A stretch of DNA of 64,000 nucleotides from Raja brachyura. Lineage: Eukaryota. The stretch spans positions 22,258,001 through 22,322,000 of the forward strand of contig OY740813.1 in NCBI GenBank assembly GCA_963514005.1, in the 5' to 3' direction. The position numbers were made by a program, and so were the translations under genes. This document shows, in pieces, positions 12,608-24,599 of this stretch. The notes beneath the pieces are model-generated. The model saw only the letters and a program-made list of their open reading frames with translations, was not told the DNA's origin and did not search any database. The stretch's first letter is position 1. Every line of letters starts with the position of its first letter.

Positions 12608-13582
12608 TATTCCTCTAAACCTGTCCTAACCATGTACCTGTCTAATTGTTTCTTAAATGTTGTAATAGTCTTTGCCTCAACTACCTCCTCTGGCAGCTCG
12701 TTCCATGCACACACCAACCTTTGTGTGAAAATGTTGCCCCTCAGATTCCCATTAAATCTCTCTCCCTTCACCTTAAACCTATTGTGGGTATTAAATTATT
12801 TAATTTTTGATCATTGTATATTATCTATGCGTAATGTGTTTACAGAACTGTTATATTGCTGCAAGTATGAATTTCATTGTTCCATTGGGAGATATTACAA
12901 TTACATTTCTCTGGAACGTCGGTGGTTGAGGGAGATTTGATAAAAGTATATGAAATTATGAAATGCATAGATAGGGTAGACAGTCAGAACATTTTTCCCA
13001 GAGTGGAAATGTCCAACACTAGATGGTATATCTATAAAAAGCGAGAGGAGGAAAGTTCAATGGAGAGGTTTTTTTTACACAGAGGGTGGGGAGCGCCTGG
13101 AACAGATTGCCAGGGGTGGTGGTAGTTGATACACAATGGTGTTTAAGAGTCTTTTGGATAAGCACATGGAAATGCAGGGAATAGTGGGATATGGATCATA
13201 TGCAGGTAAATGAGATCAGTTCAGCTGGGCATCATGTTCGGCACAAACAAGGGCCTGTTCCTTTGCTGTACTGTTCCATCTTCACAGCTTAAGGATAAGG
13301 GGGAAATCCTTTAGGACCGAGATGAGAAGGACTTTTTTCACTAGAGAGTGGTGGGTCTCTGGAACTCTCTGCCACAGAGGGTAGTTGAGGCCAGTTCATT
13401 GGCTATATTTAAGAGGGAGTTAGATGTGGCCCTTGTGGCTAAGGGGATCAGTGGGTATGGAGAGAAGGCAGGTATGGGATACTGAGTTGGATGATCAGCC
13501 ATGATCATATTGAATGGTGGTGCAGGCTCGAAGGGCCGAATGGCCTACTCCTGCACCTAATTTCTATGTTTCTATGTTTCTG
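12608..13582. mobile_element. Cluster of CR1 3' fragments (12608-12785 minus; 12905-13280 and 13283-13582 plus)
   Basis: GDLIKVYEIMKCIDRVD motif in ORF 12877-13125; (ctatgttt)n tail at 13560-13580. Confidence 0.8.
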
Positions 13583-14943
13583 AACGCTATTGACTGTCGT
13601 GACTCAGGTTGGGTTTGACTCTGAAACCTTTCACGTCAAGTTCGCACTGCCCAGATTACACACCTGGGGAAGATATAAAAAGGAACTGTAGCCCAGAGAG
13701 AGGAAGGAGAAAATAGAAACCAACCATGATTCAGGAAGGTTCATATTTCCTGCTGCGTGTGATCACAACAGGAAGGTATCTTAAAGAAGGCCTCTGTGCA
13801 AATTAGACATTAGTGTAAAGAGAATACAGGGAAATCGCAACCGTAAAACGTATCGCTAAATCTGTGAGAGTTTCTGTTTCTGGGGTGGCCTCGCAATTCT
13901 TTGCTTTTAAGCCGTGGCATTGATGAACGGCTTACTAGAATATGTTTGTCCGCCTTCCAAGGGAATTGTTACAGTGGGCTGTTGCTGTAAGAAAATGAAG
14001 TTAAAAAAAGTTCTTATTAATGAGGAGTTTCAGCCTTAGGGCAGTCATTTTTTTGTAAATATTCTCTTGTATGGAAACCATATGGATAAATATGATATTT
14101 TTGGTTACAATGCGAAATAAAGTTGATATACTGCAGAAACATTCGAGATTGAGCACTAATAAAATGTACTTTAGGCAAGGGTATATTTTTGTAGCTCACA
14201 TACATCAGAACATTGAGACAAATTCTTCCTTAATTGTTAGCTATGATCCAAATGTTCTTGTGCCGCTGAACAGATGTGGGAACTGGCAAAGCTAGTCATT
14301 ATTTATTTTGCACCATATCCTTCTGTACCACCTGGTCTGGAATTAAGACTCAAATTCGAACATCCCCCGAGTACCTTCATTATATTATTAACTCCTAAAT
14401 CCAAGCTGGACCTCACCTATGCAGCCCCAGATGGACTGCAGCTATCCGGACTAATCACCTGTGCAATTCAAGCAAATTACCGTCACCCTCATCATTAAGC
14501 TTTCTTAACACAGAGCATTGTTCAGGTGTTGCATTTTGTCTCGTCGCATTAACGCACTGTCACCGTGGCTTGAAAAGACCTGGTGTCCTTGCTTCTCGAA
14601 CACTTCCATGAGAATCACCCATGGAATAAAATACTGTTTACACAATCAAAAACACAAATCACCTCTCCAGCAATTTTGACCAATTCCTTTGTAGAAATGT
14701 GTTCAATTGCACAATATTTAGCGTAATGATCATTTTTAATCCTAAATTAAAAATAAGATATTTGAAATAGAGGCACCAACAGCTTTGAATTGCTGAACAC
14801 AAATACATCATTTTACTGGTTTCTTTTTTCAAATCACTTTTGGGATCTGGAATCTAATTTTTTTTTGCTTGAAAATTTGTCATGAAATTTAAAGGCAATT
14901 TTTTCTTGATTCACCGTTATTTAATTATTTATGTAGCACAGAA

Positions 14944-15706
14944 TCTTGAAGCAAATTTAATACATAGTTTTGTAACGTGCCCACGGTTGAATTATTATTG
15001 GATTGAAATTTTTAAAGTTATTTCGGAAGTTCTTAAGGTTGAACTCGACCCAGACCCAAAATTAATAATATTTGGAATTCCGGAGCCAAATTTGGTACTC
15101 ACAGTAAATCAAAGAAATTTTTTTGATTACTGTTTAATAATAGGGAAAAAAATGATACTTAAATTTTGGAAGGGAACATTATCCCCAACAATTAAAATGT
15201 GGAAAGCAGAGATGTTGGAGACGTTGAATTTGGAAAGAATTAGATTTGTCCTTTTGGACAGGTATAATTCTTTTGAATCGATATGGTCTCCATATATACA
15301 GTATTTAGAGAAGTAGCTATTCTTGGAATCACGGCTCGACGGGTACCCTACGGAATCCGATGCGAATAACTTACTTATATTTGATATTATTGCGCATTTA
15401 TTATAGATATTACTGTATGAAATAGTATTTCGTATAATGTATTTAGTTTTGTTTATATATATGTAATATTTTTGTTTTTTAAATTTTCTTTTTTTTTTAT
15501 GGTTGAAGTATGTGGGAATTTTTTTTTTTTTTAATTCTCTTTTTTTCCCCTCTTTTTTTTTCTCTTTTATATATCTTTTTCTTTATTTCCAAAAAATAGA
15601 AGATATTAAGTATTGATATGTTATTTGTAGTAATATTGAATTAAGGTGTTAGTTTATAAAGTAAGCTATACATTGTAAACTGATTATTTCAAATAAAAAA
15701 ATATTA
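14944..15706 (+). mobile_element. 5'-truncated L1-clade LINE (ORF2 C-terminus + 3' UTR)
   Basis: ORF 14882-15316 gives HSFVTCPRLNYYW..I..DPKLIIFG..KKMILKFWK..P..W..LERIRF..F..IW.PY, a fish-type L1 C-terminus. T-rich UTR, AATAAA plus A-tail; cacagaa duplicated at 14937-14943 and 15707-15713. Confidence 0.85.
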
Positions 15707-16170
15707 CACAGAAAGAGGCCCTCAGGCACAATTTGTTCATGCCGCCCAAAATGCGCCATCCAAACTTGTCCCATTTTGCCCATATTTGTCCCATAGCCTT
15801 CTAACCTTTCCTATTCATGTATCTGTCCAAATGTACGTGTCTCAAATACTTCCTCTGGCAGCTCATTTCATATAACCGCCATCTTCTGTTTGAAAAAGGT
15901 GCCCCTCTGGTTTCTATTAATCTTTCCCCTCTCACCTTAAACCTTTTTGCAATCATTTCTATTCCCATCATGGTGTTATACATCTCTATAAGATCATCCG
16001 TCCACCTCCTGTGCTACAAGAAATAAAGTCCCACCCTGCCCAACTTCTCCCTGTAGTTCGGGCTTGTGAGTCCTGGCAACGTTCTCATAGATCTTCTCTG
16101 CACTCTCCCCAGCTTAATGCCATCTTTCCTACAGTAGGCTGCCAACAACTGAAGTCAATATCCTAAAGTA
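15707..16170 (-). mobile_element. CR1 LINE 3' fragment (target of the L1 insertion)
   Basis: Reverse complement of the CR1 3' UTR and ORF2 end (FKVRGER motif). Confidence 0.75.
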
Positions 16171-16214
16171 AATTGCAATGTCTTTTCTTCTGTCTGACAA
16201 CCGTTGGCTGTAAA

Positions 16215-16460
16215 CCTCTCTAAAATTTCTGTTCTTCTCATTCTGACACTTCATTTATTTCCCAATGTAACCACAGCAATATTATTGGCCATAAACCCTT
16301 GGAATACCTTTGCCATACCTCCCCACATCTTTCTACCTTAAAGACATTCCTCAAAACCTACTCCTTTGAAGAAGCTTTTGGATATCTGCCCTAATACCCA
16401 GCTGTGTGGCTCATGGTCAGTGTACGCCTTTGATAATGTTTCTGCAAAAACACCTTCTTA
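16215..16460 (+). mobile_element. Old L2-type LINE/SINE 3' tail
   Basis: Degenerate ttaaagacattcctcaaaacctactcctttgaagaagcttttgg (FK..LKTYLF..AF-like L2 ORF2 end). Confidence 0.5.
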
Positions 16461-16499
16461 AATGGAACACATGAAAGATTTCCTCATGATTATGAAGAC

Positions 16500-16633
16500 A
16501 GTCTGAAGAAGGGTCTCGACTCGAAACGTCACCTATCTATGTTCTCCAGAGATGCTGCTTGACCTGCTGAGTTACCCCAGCACTTTGTGTCTTTTTGTGT
16601 ATTAACCAGAATCTGCAGTTCCTTGATTCTACT
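16500..16633 (+). mobile_element. PLE pLTR-derived mini-element, long-tail form
   Basis: Core ctgaagaagggtctcgactcgaaacgtc at 16503-16530, then gatgctgc..gctgagttac..atctgcagttcc. Confidence 0.8.
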
Positions 16634-17559
16634 ATTTATACAATGACAATTCCCTATTCGATTGTAGTGATCAATTGGCAATAATGGACCCCCCCCCCCC
16701 ATGGTGCGTTCTAACAAGAGTTTACTATACTAACAGCCCTTCTTTTCATTTCCGCTTTCACTATCCTGTACAATGCTCTCAGATTACCTTTTGATTTATT
16801 AAATGTCTTCATGACCAGAATTCCCCACACCCCCAATTGTTTCTCCCAATTTGCCAGGACACTGTCCCCAGTGCAGTTCAGATGAGCCTCTTCCCAGTGG
16901 ACCCCAGCTCTTTCTTTGTCCAGTGCAGGCACCACTGTGCCAGGTATCAGAACTCTTTTCTCCCACACCAATCCATGAGCCACATGTTTCCCACTCTAAT
17001 CGTGGGTACCCTCGGCCAATTTGCTCATGGCTCAGGTAATGATAGTTTATCACCTCTGCGATTCCCCTGTTCAGTTTTGCCTCGAGCTGTTGATAAACCC
17101 CCAGAACCTCCTTCCTCGCCTCACTTAGATCATCACTGTCTGCGTGAACTGTGATAAATGGATCCTCCCTCTGCCACTCTGTTCTTCTGTAGACCAGAAG
17201 AGTATTTCAATTTCTCTGCTCAGATGAAGATTTGGATTTAAGTTCTGGCATTGACTAAACAGTGCTTTGTATTCATTTACATGTAATCATCATCGCCATT
17301 GTCGGATGGATATTTTCTCATTCATTTCACCTGACTCCCTAATATAATGGCTCCATTGAACTGCGGAGCCTGATTGTTATCGTCTGACATCCTCTCCTTT
17401 CCTGGAGTTTGTCATAGTTGTACTCGAGACAAACATATACAGGAAGCTGCAAATAGATGTTGAACGTTTACTTGCAATAGAAGAGGATATTGGGCCAGAT
17501 TATGGATGAAGGCACTGAGTTCATATGTGTTCCTACGGAATTGCCCAGTTTAGAGAGAG

Positions 17560-18025
17560 AGAGTCAAAGAGTCATATAGTGTGGAAACAGGTCCTTTGGC
17601 CCAACTTGCCCACACCGAACAACATGCATTAGTCCCACCTGCCTACGTTTGGCCCACATCCCTCTAATTATATCCTATCCATCTACCTGTCAAAATGTTT
17701 CTTCATGTTGCGATAGTACCTGCCTCAACTGCCTCCTCTGGCAGCTTGTTCCATATATATCCAACACCCTTTGTGTAAAAAAGTTATCCCTCAGGTTCCT
17801 ATTAAATCTTTCCCCCCCTCACCTTAAAACTATGTTCTCTAGTTCTTGATTTCCCTACACTGGGCAAAAGACTCAAATCGATTGTAGTGATCAATTGGCA
17901 ATAAACCTTTTATGATGTTGTACACCTCCAGAAGATCACCCCTCATCCTCCTGTGCTCCAAGGAATAAAGTCCTCGCCTGCTCAGCCTCTTCCTACAGCT
18001 CAGGCCCTCGAGTCTTGCAAGATCC
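17560..18025 (-). mobile_element. CR1 LINE 3' fragment
   Basis: ORF 17839-18075(-) contains GLYSLEHRRMRGDLLEVYNIIKG. Confidence 0.85.
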
Positions 18026-18852
18026 CCCGTAAATTGAAGAACATCCTCATTTGTTGAAGTACGTTGACAATGCACGATGGGAGTAAAAATGCATCGAATG
18101 TTGGTGAGCGACAGGACCTAGAGTCCACCTCGATAACCACTGCGATTTAACGATCGAAGAAGGGAAACAGGGAACATTGAGGTGGGTGAATTAGAGCAGG
18201 TGAATTCAGAACAAAAAGGGAGAAGAAGATTGGACTTAGAAAAAACAACCATGAGAATGATAAGTCTTTATTAAGAATTTACCATGAAGAATTGAACATG
18301 TGTAACTATAAACAATGTGTAGCCCAGTGGAATGCAACTGCACACTTAATTATTCACTTGCTGGGCAAGATTAGTCGATTGGCGGTTTGCAATTATGTCT
18401 TTAAAGAGATACTTAGACCGTATGCTATTAGACATCATTCACTGTGTTGAATTTACCTTGTATTAATTCACATGTTAAGGATGAAGCTACATTTGTGGCA
18501 ATTTGCAAATGATACAGCATCCTTCCTTGCAACACTGAGGATTAATAAGGGTGAGCGCGTTCGCAGAAAATTACAATTTCTCATTGTTCAATCTCGTAGA
18601 CAGGGTATGCATTCAACATTCTGACAAAGTTCTGACAAGAATCTGCAGATCAAAAACATTAAATGCTTCTCTTTTCCCATTTGCTGCCTGACCGGCTGTG
18701 TGTTTCCAGCATTCTCTGTTTTTATTTTGGATTTCCATTATTTCAAAAAAATATTTTTTACTGATGGATTTAATATTGTTGCTCATTCATACTTGGTTTA
18801 GCCTGGCATTGGTCCTGATGTTGTTTCTTTTCCCTAGACATGCAGAATGTGG

Positions 18853-19120
18853 TAAGGCAGCAACAGTGGTACAGTTGCTGCCTTACAACACCCGAGTCCC
18901 GGGTTCAATCCTGACTACGTGTTCTGTCTGTATGGTGTTTGCACATTCTCCCTGCAACCGTGAGGGTTTTGTCCGGGTGCTATGGTTTCCTCCCACACTC
19001 CAAAGACGTATAGCTTTGTGGGTTAACAGGTTTCAGTAAAATTGTAAATTGTCCCGAGTGTTTTTGGAAAGTGCTAGTGCACGGGTCGCCGCAGACTGTT
19101 TCCACACTGTATTTCTAACA
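18853..19120 (+). mobile_element. V-SINE (HE1-like), internally deleted
   Basis: Box B gggttcaatcc and V-domain ggtttcctcccacactccaaagac. Confidence 0.8.
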
Positions 19121-19312
19121 TATCCAGTAGAGATGATTCAGTCTAAAGTCTGAATCATCTCTATTCGTTGGCTTGCCTTAGTACTGCCAGAACGCAGAAG
19201 GTACTAAGACCTACAGAGTCTGTTAATCTTTTTCTGAACAGTCAGAGGAAGGGTCTCAACCCAAAACGTCACATATTCCTTCTCTCCAGAAATGTTGCCT
19301 GTCCCACAGTTA

Positions 19313-19727
19313 AGGACCTGTCCCACAAGCATGCAACCTGCACGGAGGCACACAGAGAGGGACACGGAGGCACACAGAGAGGGACACGGAGGCACACCGA
19401 GAAGGGCACAGAGAGGGTTATGGAGGCACAGAGAGGGACACGGAGGCACACAGAGAGGGGCACAGAGAGGGTCATGGAGGCACACAGAGAGGGTCAAGGA
19501 GGCACGACGTCGAGGCGGTGCGTGCGGCGTCGAAGCGGCTGTGGGCCGACAGGCCGTTGCCGCGCGGAATTTTGAATTTTGAACACGGTCAGTTTTTCGG
19601 AGCCCAGATGTCGGGACCAGCTCCGCACAACTCCATACGGCTCCGGCGATCGAAGTGGGACCGGCCCCGCGAGGCCGGACGGCTCAAGCGACCACGTTAG
19701 GTTGCGCTTGCTGGTGGGACAGGCCCT
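19313..19727. mobile_element. Harbinger/PIF-like MITE containing a minisatellite, inserted in a PLE mini-element (approx. 19240-19775)
   Basis: TIRs aggacctgtcccac / gtgggacaggccct; TTA duplicated at 19310-19312 and 19728-19730; the host consensus agTTActccagc is restored when the insert is removed. Confidence 0.85.
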
Positions 19728-19904
19728 TTACTCCAGCATCTGCAGTTTAAACAGCATCTGAAGTTCCTTCCTACACAATCTCTGTTTAAATATGGCCCAA
19801 CCTTCAAGTCTGAAGCTGCACAGCACACTCTGGGAGCACTGTGCTACCAAGTGCTCAAGCATCAAAAATAGCAGCACCTGGTCTCCAGCTGGTGAAAACA
19901 CTTG

Positions 19905-20300
19905 TCAGCAGTGACTCCGTTGGTCCTGCTCTCACCCTGGGGATAGAACATCGTAGCTTCACGGTCCGCTCCAGAGACCCGGGCAGCGGAATTCCAGGAC
20001 GTCACGCCAGTGAGGACTGAGATGCACTGCGACGCTGGGAGGTTCTGCCATTTCCACTGCCTTCTCAGTGCGGATGCGAGAGGTCCCACGGCACTTCACT
20101 GAATAGCTGGGTGTTCTCCCTGTTGATTTTGTCAACACTTATCCAGCACCAATCGACATGACAAAATGCAGAATCCCTGGTCACAGTCAGCTTGCTGTTG
20201 GCAGGAACTTGCCGTACGCAAAACTGGCTGTTACAATTCACACGTAAACAGTAGCTACGTTGAGCCACAGTATCACAAGGAATTAGGTGCGATCGTATTC
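19905..20300 (+). mobile_element. Ancient Deu-domain SINE (SacSINE1/AmnSINE-like)
   Basis: Degenerate Deu-domain motifs in the expected order: ctccagagac, ccagtg..actgag, gtcccacggcact, gttctccc, ttgctgttggcaggaacttgccgtacgcaaaactggctg. Confidence 0.7.
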
Positions 20301-20329
20301 CATAAAACCCCCTCAAGCCTCTCGCGCCA

Positions 20330-21010
20330 TTCAATATTCTTCATTAGTAAGGGTGTCGGGGGAGAAGGCAGGAGAATGGGATTCAGAGGGAAAGATACAT
20401 CAGGCATTATTGAATGGCGGGTACACTTGATAGGCCGAATGGCCTAATTCTGCTCCTAGAACGTATGAACATGAATATTATCACAGCAGATCTGCCCCAG
20501 GCCTCATCTCCTCCTCTGCCAGATCCCCTTCGTCCTTAATTTCTTCCGAGCTCTCTATTTGCTGATCTTCCAAATAATTATCAATTCTTTAGTACACCCA
20601 GCCTCCACATCTGTGATACAGAATTTCAAAGATTCGCCACACTCTGTAAGAAATTCCGATATATCTCAGTCTTAAACCTGGGTTGGGGCAACCCTGAATC
20701 TAATAACAACTTTCTCTCGCTCAAGATTCTCCCAACACTGCAAACTTCTTGACATCTAACCTGTCATGTCCCTCAAATATCTTATATGCTTCACTAACAG
20801 CATTCCCCCATTTTTCCGAATTCAAAATATATATACATCTAATTACTTGAGTCGCTCATGACAGGACAAACCTCTTACCCCAAGAAGTAGCCTAGTAAAT
20901 CTCTTCTGGACCACCTCTAATGCTAGTATGTCTTTTCTTGAATAAGGCACGCAAAATTGTGTCAACTACTGCTGGCATGGCCTGACTACAATCTTATATG
21001 ATTGTAACAA
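20330..21010. mobile_element. CR1 fragments (tail 20330-20475 plus; older copy 20480-21010 minus)
   Basis: ggccgaatggcctaattctgctccta tail; degenerate reverse-complement ORF2 end. Confidence 0.6.
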
Positions 21011-21069
21011 AAGGAAGCAATGCCATGCAGAAACAGGCCCTTCAGCCCGCCAACTTCATGCCAACTTCA

Positions 21070-21348
21070 GAGCGGCACAATGGTGCAGTGATAGAGTTGC
21101 TGCTTTACATCGCCAGAGATTAGGACTCAATCCAGACAACAAGTGTGTGGATTTTCTCCAGGGTCTCCTCTTTCCACCCACATTTCAAAGACGTGCAGGT
21201 CTATAAGTCAATTGGCTTCTGTACATTGCTGCTCATGCACAGGATGCGAAACTGGGATACCAGAAATAGTGTGCGGGTGACTCTTGGTTGGCATGGACTT
21301 GGTGGGCTTAAATTCCCGTTTCCATGGTGTATCTCTAATACTAAAACT
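21070..21348 (+). mobile_element. V-SINE (HE1-like), internally deleted
   Basis: gcggcacaatggtgcagtgatagagttgctgc head, V-domain remnant and tail. Confidence 0.75.
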
Positions 21349-21431
21349 ATCAAGAATCCATCTATACTGATCTCATTTAGCAGCACTTGGTCAAATGCCT
21401 TCTATATTCCAGTGACTTAAGTGTTTCAAAA

Positions 21432-21528
21432 GAGTCTGAAGAAGGGTCTCGACCCGAAACGTTGCCTATTTCCTTCGCTCCATAGATGGTTCCTCACCCG
21501 CTGAGTTTCTCCAGCATTTTTGTCTACC
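21432..21528 (+). mobile_element. PLE pLTR-derived mini-element, short form, exact 14-bp TSD
   Basis: Core at 21436-21463; taagtgtttcaaaa at 21418-21431 and 21529-21542. Confidence 0.88.
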
Positions 21529-22237
21529 TAAGTGTTTCAAAAAGTGCTTTAAGGTTGTGAGAGAACACCACATAAGTCCAGATTCTAACCATCTTTTGGA
21601 TGAAATAAAAATCCTCAAATTTTCTTTAAATTTCTTACTCTTGAGACTAAACCAACGGCGTCTCATTTTGGTGTCTAAAATGAGACGGCTTTGGTTTAGC
21701 GTAAAGAATAACTCCATTGGAGACCAGTTTCCTCTTACATACCTTTTCTATGCCGCCTCGTATCTCCCCTTAGCACCCTCTGTCACAAAGATAACAAACA
21801 ATCCCAACCTACACTGCATTGCCTGCAAGCATTTTGTGTGTCCTAAAAGAAAACATCTAAATAATAAATAAATCACTACTCGTCAGTTTAGTTTAGTTTT
21901 TGGTCACATGTACCAAGTTACAGTAAAAAGCTTTGGGGTGAGAAGCAGGAAGGGGATGATAATGTACCAATGCATTAAATGGTGAATTGGTTGGCTCACT
22001 ATGTGACTCACAGAAAGAGCTTGGTGCCTGCTGCCCATTTTCTGAGGCAGATCTTTTATTGGTCTATAATGAAGGGGGTTGCGGTGTGCGGAGTTAGGCC
22101 TGTGGGTGTGGATAACTGGCAAAAATGCCGATCACTGTAATCACTGCACATCATCCACTTATTTTGGAACTGTCCTGGTGACAACAGCGATCGAGAACCA
22201 CTGCTTCTGACCTTCTAACCGTGTGTAAAGTGATAGT

Positions 22238-22510
22238 TCAATTTAGTTTACAGATACAGCGCAGAAACGTGCCCTTCGGCCCACCGAGTCCACGACGATC
22301 AGCGATCTCTGCACACTGACACTATCCTAGTGACAATTTACAAACATACCAAGCCAATTAACCTACAAACCTATAAGTCTTTGGATTGTGGGAGGAAACC
22401 AGAGTTCCTGTGAACAACCCACGCAGGTCACGGGGAGAACGTACAAACTGCATACAGACAGCACCCGTCAGTATCGAACCCAGGTCTCTGTCGCTGTAAG
22501 GCAGCAACTA
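22238..22510 (-). mobile_element. V-SINE (HE1-like)
   Basis: Reverse complement of the 4573-4883 family. Confidence 0.85.
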
Positions 22511-23200
22511 ACATACTCTGATAACTCTGACTGCATTAGTTCCACACTGCACTGTATGCTGTCTCCATGGGACCAGGTGTTTGGCACACTGAGGTGAGAA
22601 TGTGAAAAGGCAAATACAAATGCATCGATATTTCCATTAGTGGAACATTCATGTTAATGACATCATGGAGACAAAAGAAAGATCTTGAGCAAAACACAAA
22701 GTGTTGGAGAAGCTCAGTGGTTCAGGCAGCAGCTGTGGGGAGAATGCCCTGAAGATAGATCCCAATCCAAAATGTTGCCCGTCCATTCCCTCCGCAGATG
22801 CTGCCTGACACTGAGCTACTGCTGCCTACTGAGTTATACCAGCACCATGATATCATGGCCTGTCTAGCAGCGGATGGCATCCAGTCAAGGCATCATTCAC
22901 TGTGATATCATCATGTGCACTGAGAAAAAGTCAACATAATTGATATAAATTAAAATGTTTCTAAAGACTACTATGGGAGATTAATTAAAAGTGTTAAAAT
23001 GGATGGCAAATGAAAACTACAACATTACTCTAGCTAACGTAAAGGAAATAGGGGGTTATATAAAAAGCAGTAACTTGTCATTGGCGCTTACCCCATGCAA
23101 TCATGAGGCAGCGTAAGTCTAATGCGATCAATATTTGGAGTTAACGTGAGAAGGGACAACTTTGGATCATCTCCTGCTATGAGTGCGCTGAGGAACGGAG

Positions 23201-23232
23201 CTGCAGTTTTACAGTTGCCACTAGATGTCAGT
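23201..23232 (+). promoter_or_regulatory. Candidate CTCF site with upstream module
   Basis: ctgcagt-tttacagtt-gccactagatgtcagt: core close to CCACYAGRKGGCR (one mismatch) plus an upstream TGCAG; lies in repeat-free DNA. Confidence 0.45.
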
Positions 23233-24599
23233 GGTGCAAAGACAGTACTGTGAAGATGATGAGAAGGTCACAATGAAAGCAGCCCCTGACTTGGTCCTGT
23301 CAACAACGCTGAGCACATCTGAGCAAATAACGTGACAATATCAGGGAACATTTCGCTGGTGCTTGAGCAAAGACCAATCAATACAATCTGAAATCAAACC
23401 GTACACCACATATATAAAACATTGAAAACAAAAAGAAAGAAATTCTGTCTTGAATTCTCTCAACCGAGTCTTAACTGAAGCCACTGAATATAAATTGTTC
23501 ATAAAGTTGATACATTTGAGTGTGCGATGGAGCACTCAGTGACAGTTTTTCAAAAAAATATCCTACACATATCATATTTGAATAGATGGTATCATTGATT
23601 TTAAATCTATGCCAGATGCATTTGGCTTTATCTCTGATAATATCTGGTTATTTTCTCTAATCGGTACGGCAACTCTGCAATAAAACCTAACTCGGATTCA
23701 ATTTGAAACAGGGTCGGGAAAGAATTGATTTGTCTCTGAAGTTGTCCGAAATGACTGCATGTTTTATTTTCTCAAACTTGTACACTGGAAATCTGTGTAA
23801 AATAAAAGCATCAGGGACTGATTTGTTACTCTAAACATATTTTGCCATTAGCAAATTGATGCCAAGGGTAAAACCAAAAATGAATTATCATGTCAGATTT
23901 ACAGAGTCAACGCCAAAACAAGTTATGTCAAGCTGTCAAAAGCTGCCGGGTTAACGTGCAGCTTAATATAATAGACTGCATCTTGACATAGAATTTTAGT
24001 GAGAGGCAGTGAAGACAGGTACAAGTCATAGCTGAAATATTCCTCACATGCGGATCTGACTAATTTATCTATAAGGAAGTGATTTATTAATTTATGGTCT
24101 CTCATGTTAAGACTGGCGATGCATCTATCACCAATAAAACTATAGCTATCTTCCTGTCAGTTGAGGATTTGTCAAATACAGCATTTCCCTGATCTCTTGA
24201 GTGTAAGATAAGCTTGTTGCAAGAGTGGGATGACGGAGCGATGCTAAATGAGGTTTCAGAAACTACTGACAAACCATCGGAAATCGATGTGTGTACAGAT
24301 CTGCAAATATCAGGGCAATTAGCGATCTTCTCTTGTTTGCATTTATTCTTTATTTAGTACATGGATTTTTGCTGTTATTCTCCGTAGCGAGGTGTCACTA
24401 AATTAAGAGTCACTGGGGTTTAAACAATAAAAAAAAAAGTCTGATGGAAAATGGAGCAAACGTGGTCATGGAGCAGGCTGCAGTTGCTACTGGTGAGCTG
24501 GATTTCTGTCAGTCCCAGGTTGTTGAGGCTCATCCTGAATCAAGCTGTGGATAATGAAGGCTTGCGAAAATATCACCCACAGATTCAGATGCCTGATAG

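Larger units (their letters stand above)
11025..14327. repeat. Inverted duplication with about 225-bp arms (11028-11251 and 14102-14324)
   Basis: Manual alignment gives about 12 differences in about 224 bp; the ORF track shows near-identical peptides MYVSY(R/K)NIPLPKVHFI on opposite strands. Confidence 0.92.

Noticed and set aside
16837-17154. Possible host exon (acceptor-like tttgccag near 16857, donor-like cag|gtaat near 17036)
   Set aside because: No recognisable protein in any frame and no partner exons; cannot be supported without transcript data.
19128-19163. 14-bp perfect hairpin tagagatgattcag/ctgaatcatctcta
   Set aside because: Sits at a V-SINE tail, and its loop matches the tail repeat tctaaagt; most likely a fold-back insertion scar.
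19341-19506. CRISPR-like periodicity
   Set aside because: Head-to-tail minisatellite with no unique spacers, in a vertebrate context with no cas genes.
20943-20952. taaggcacgc, identical to the 5' end of miR-124
   Set aside because: The match stops after 10 nt, there is no hairpin, and it lies in an old CR1 fragment.
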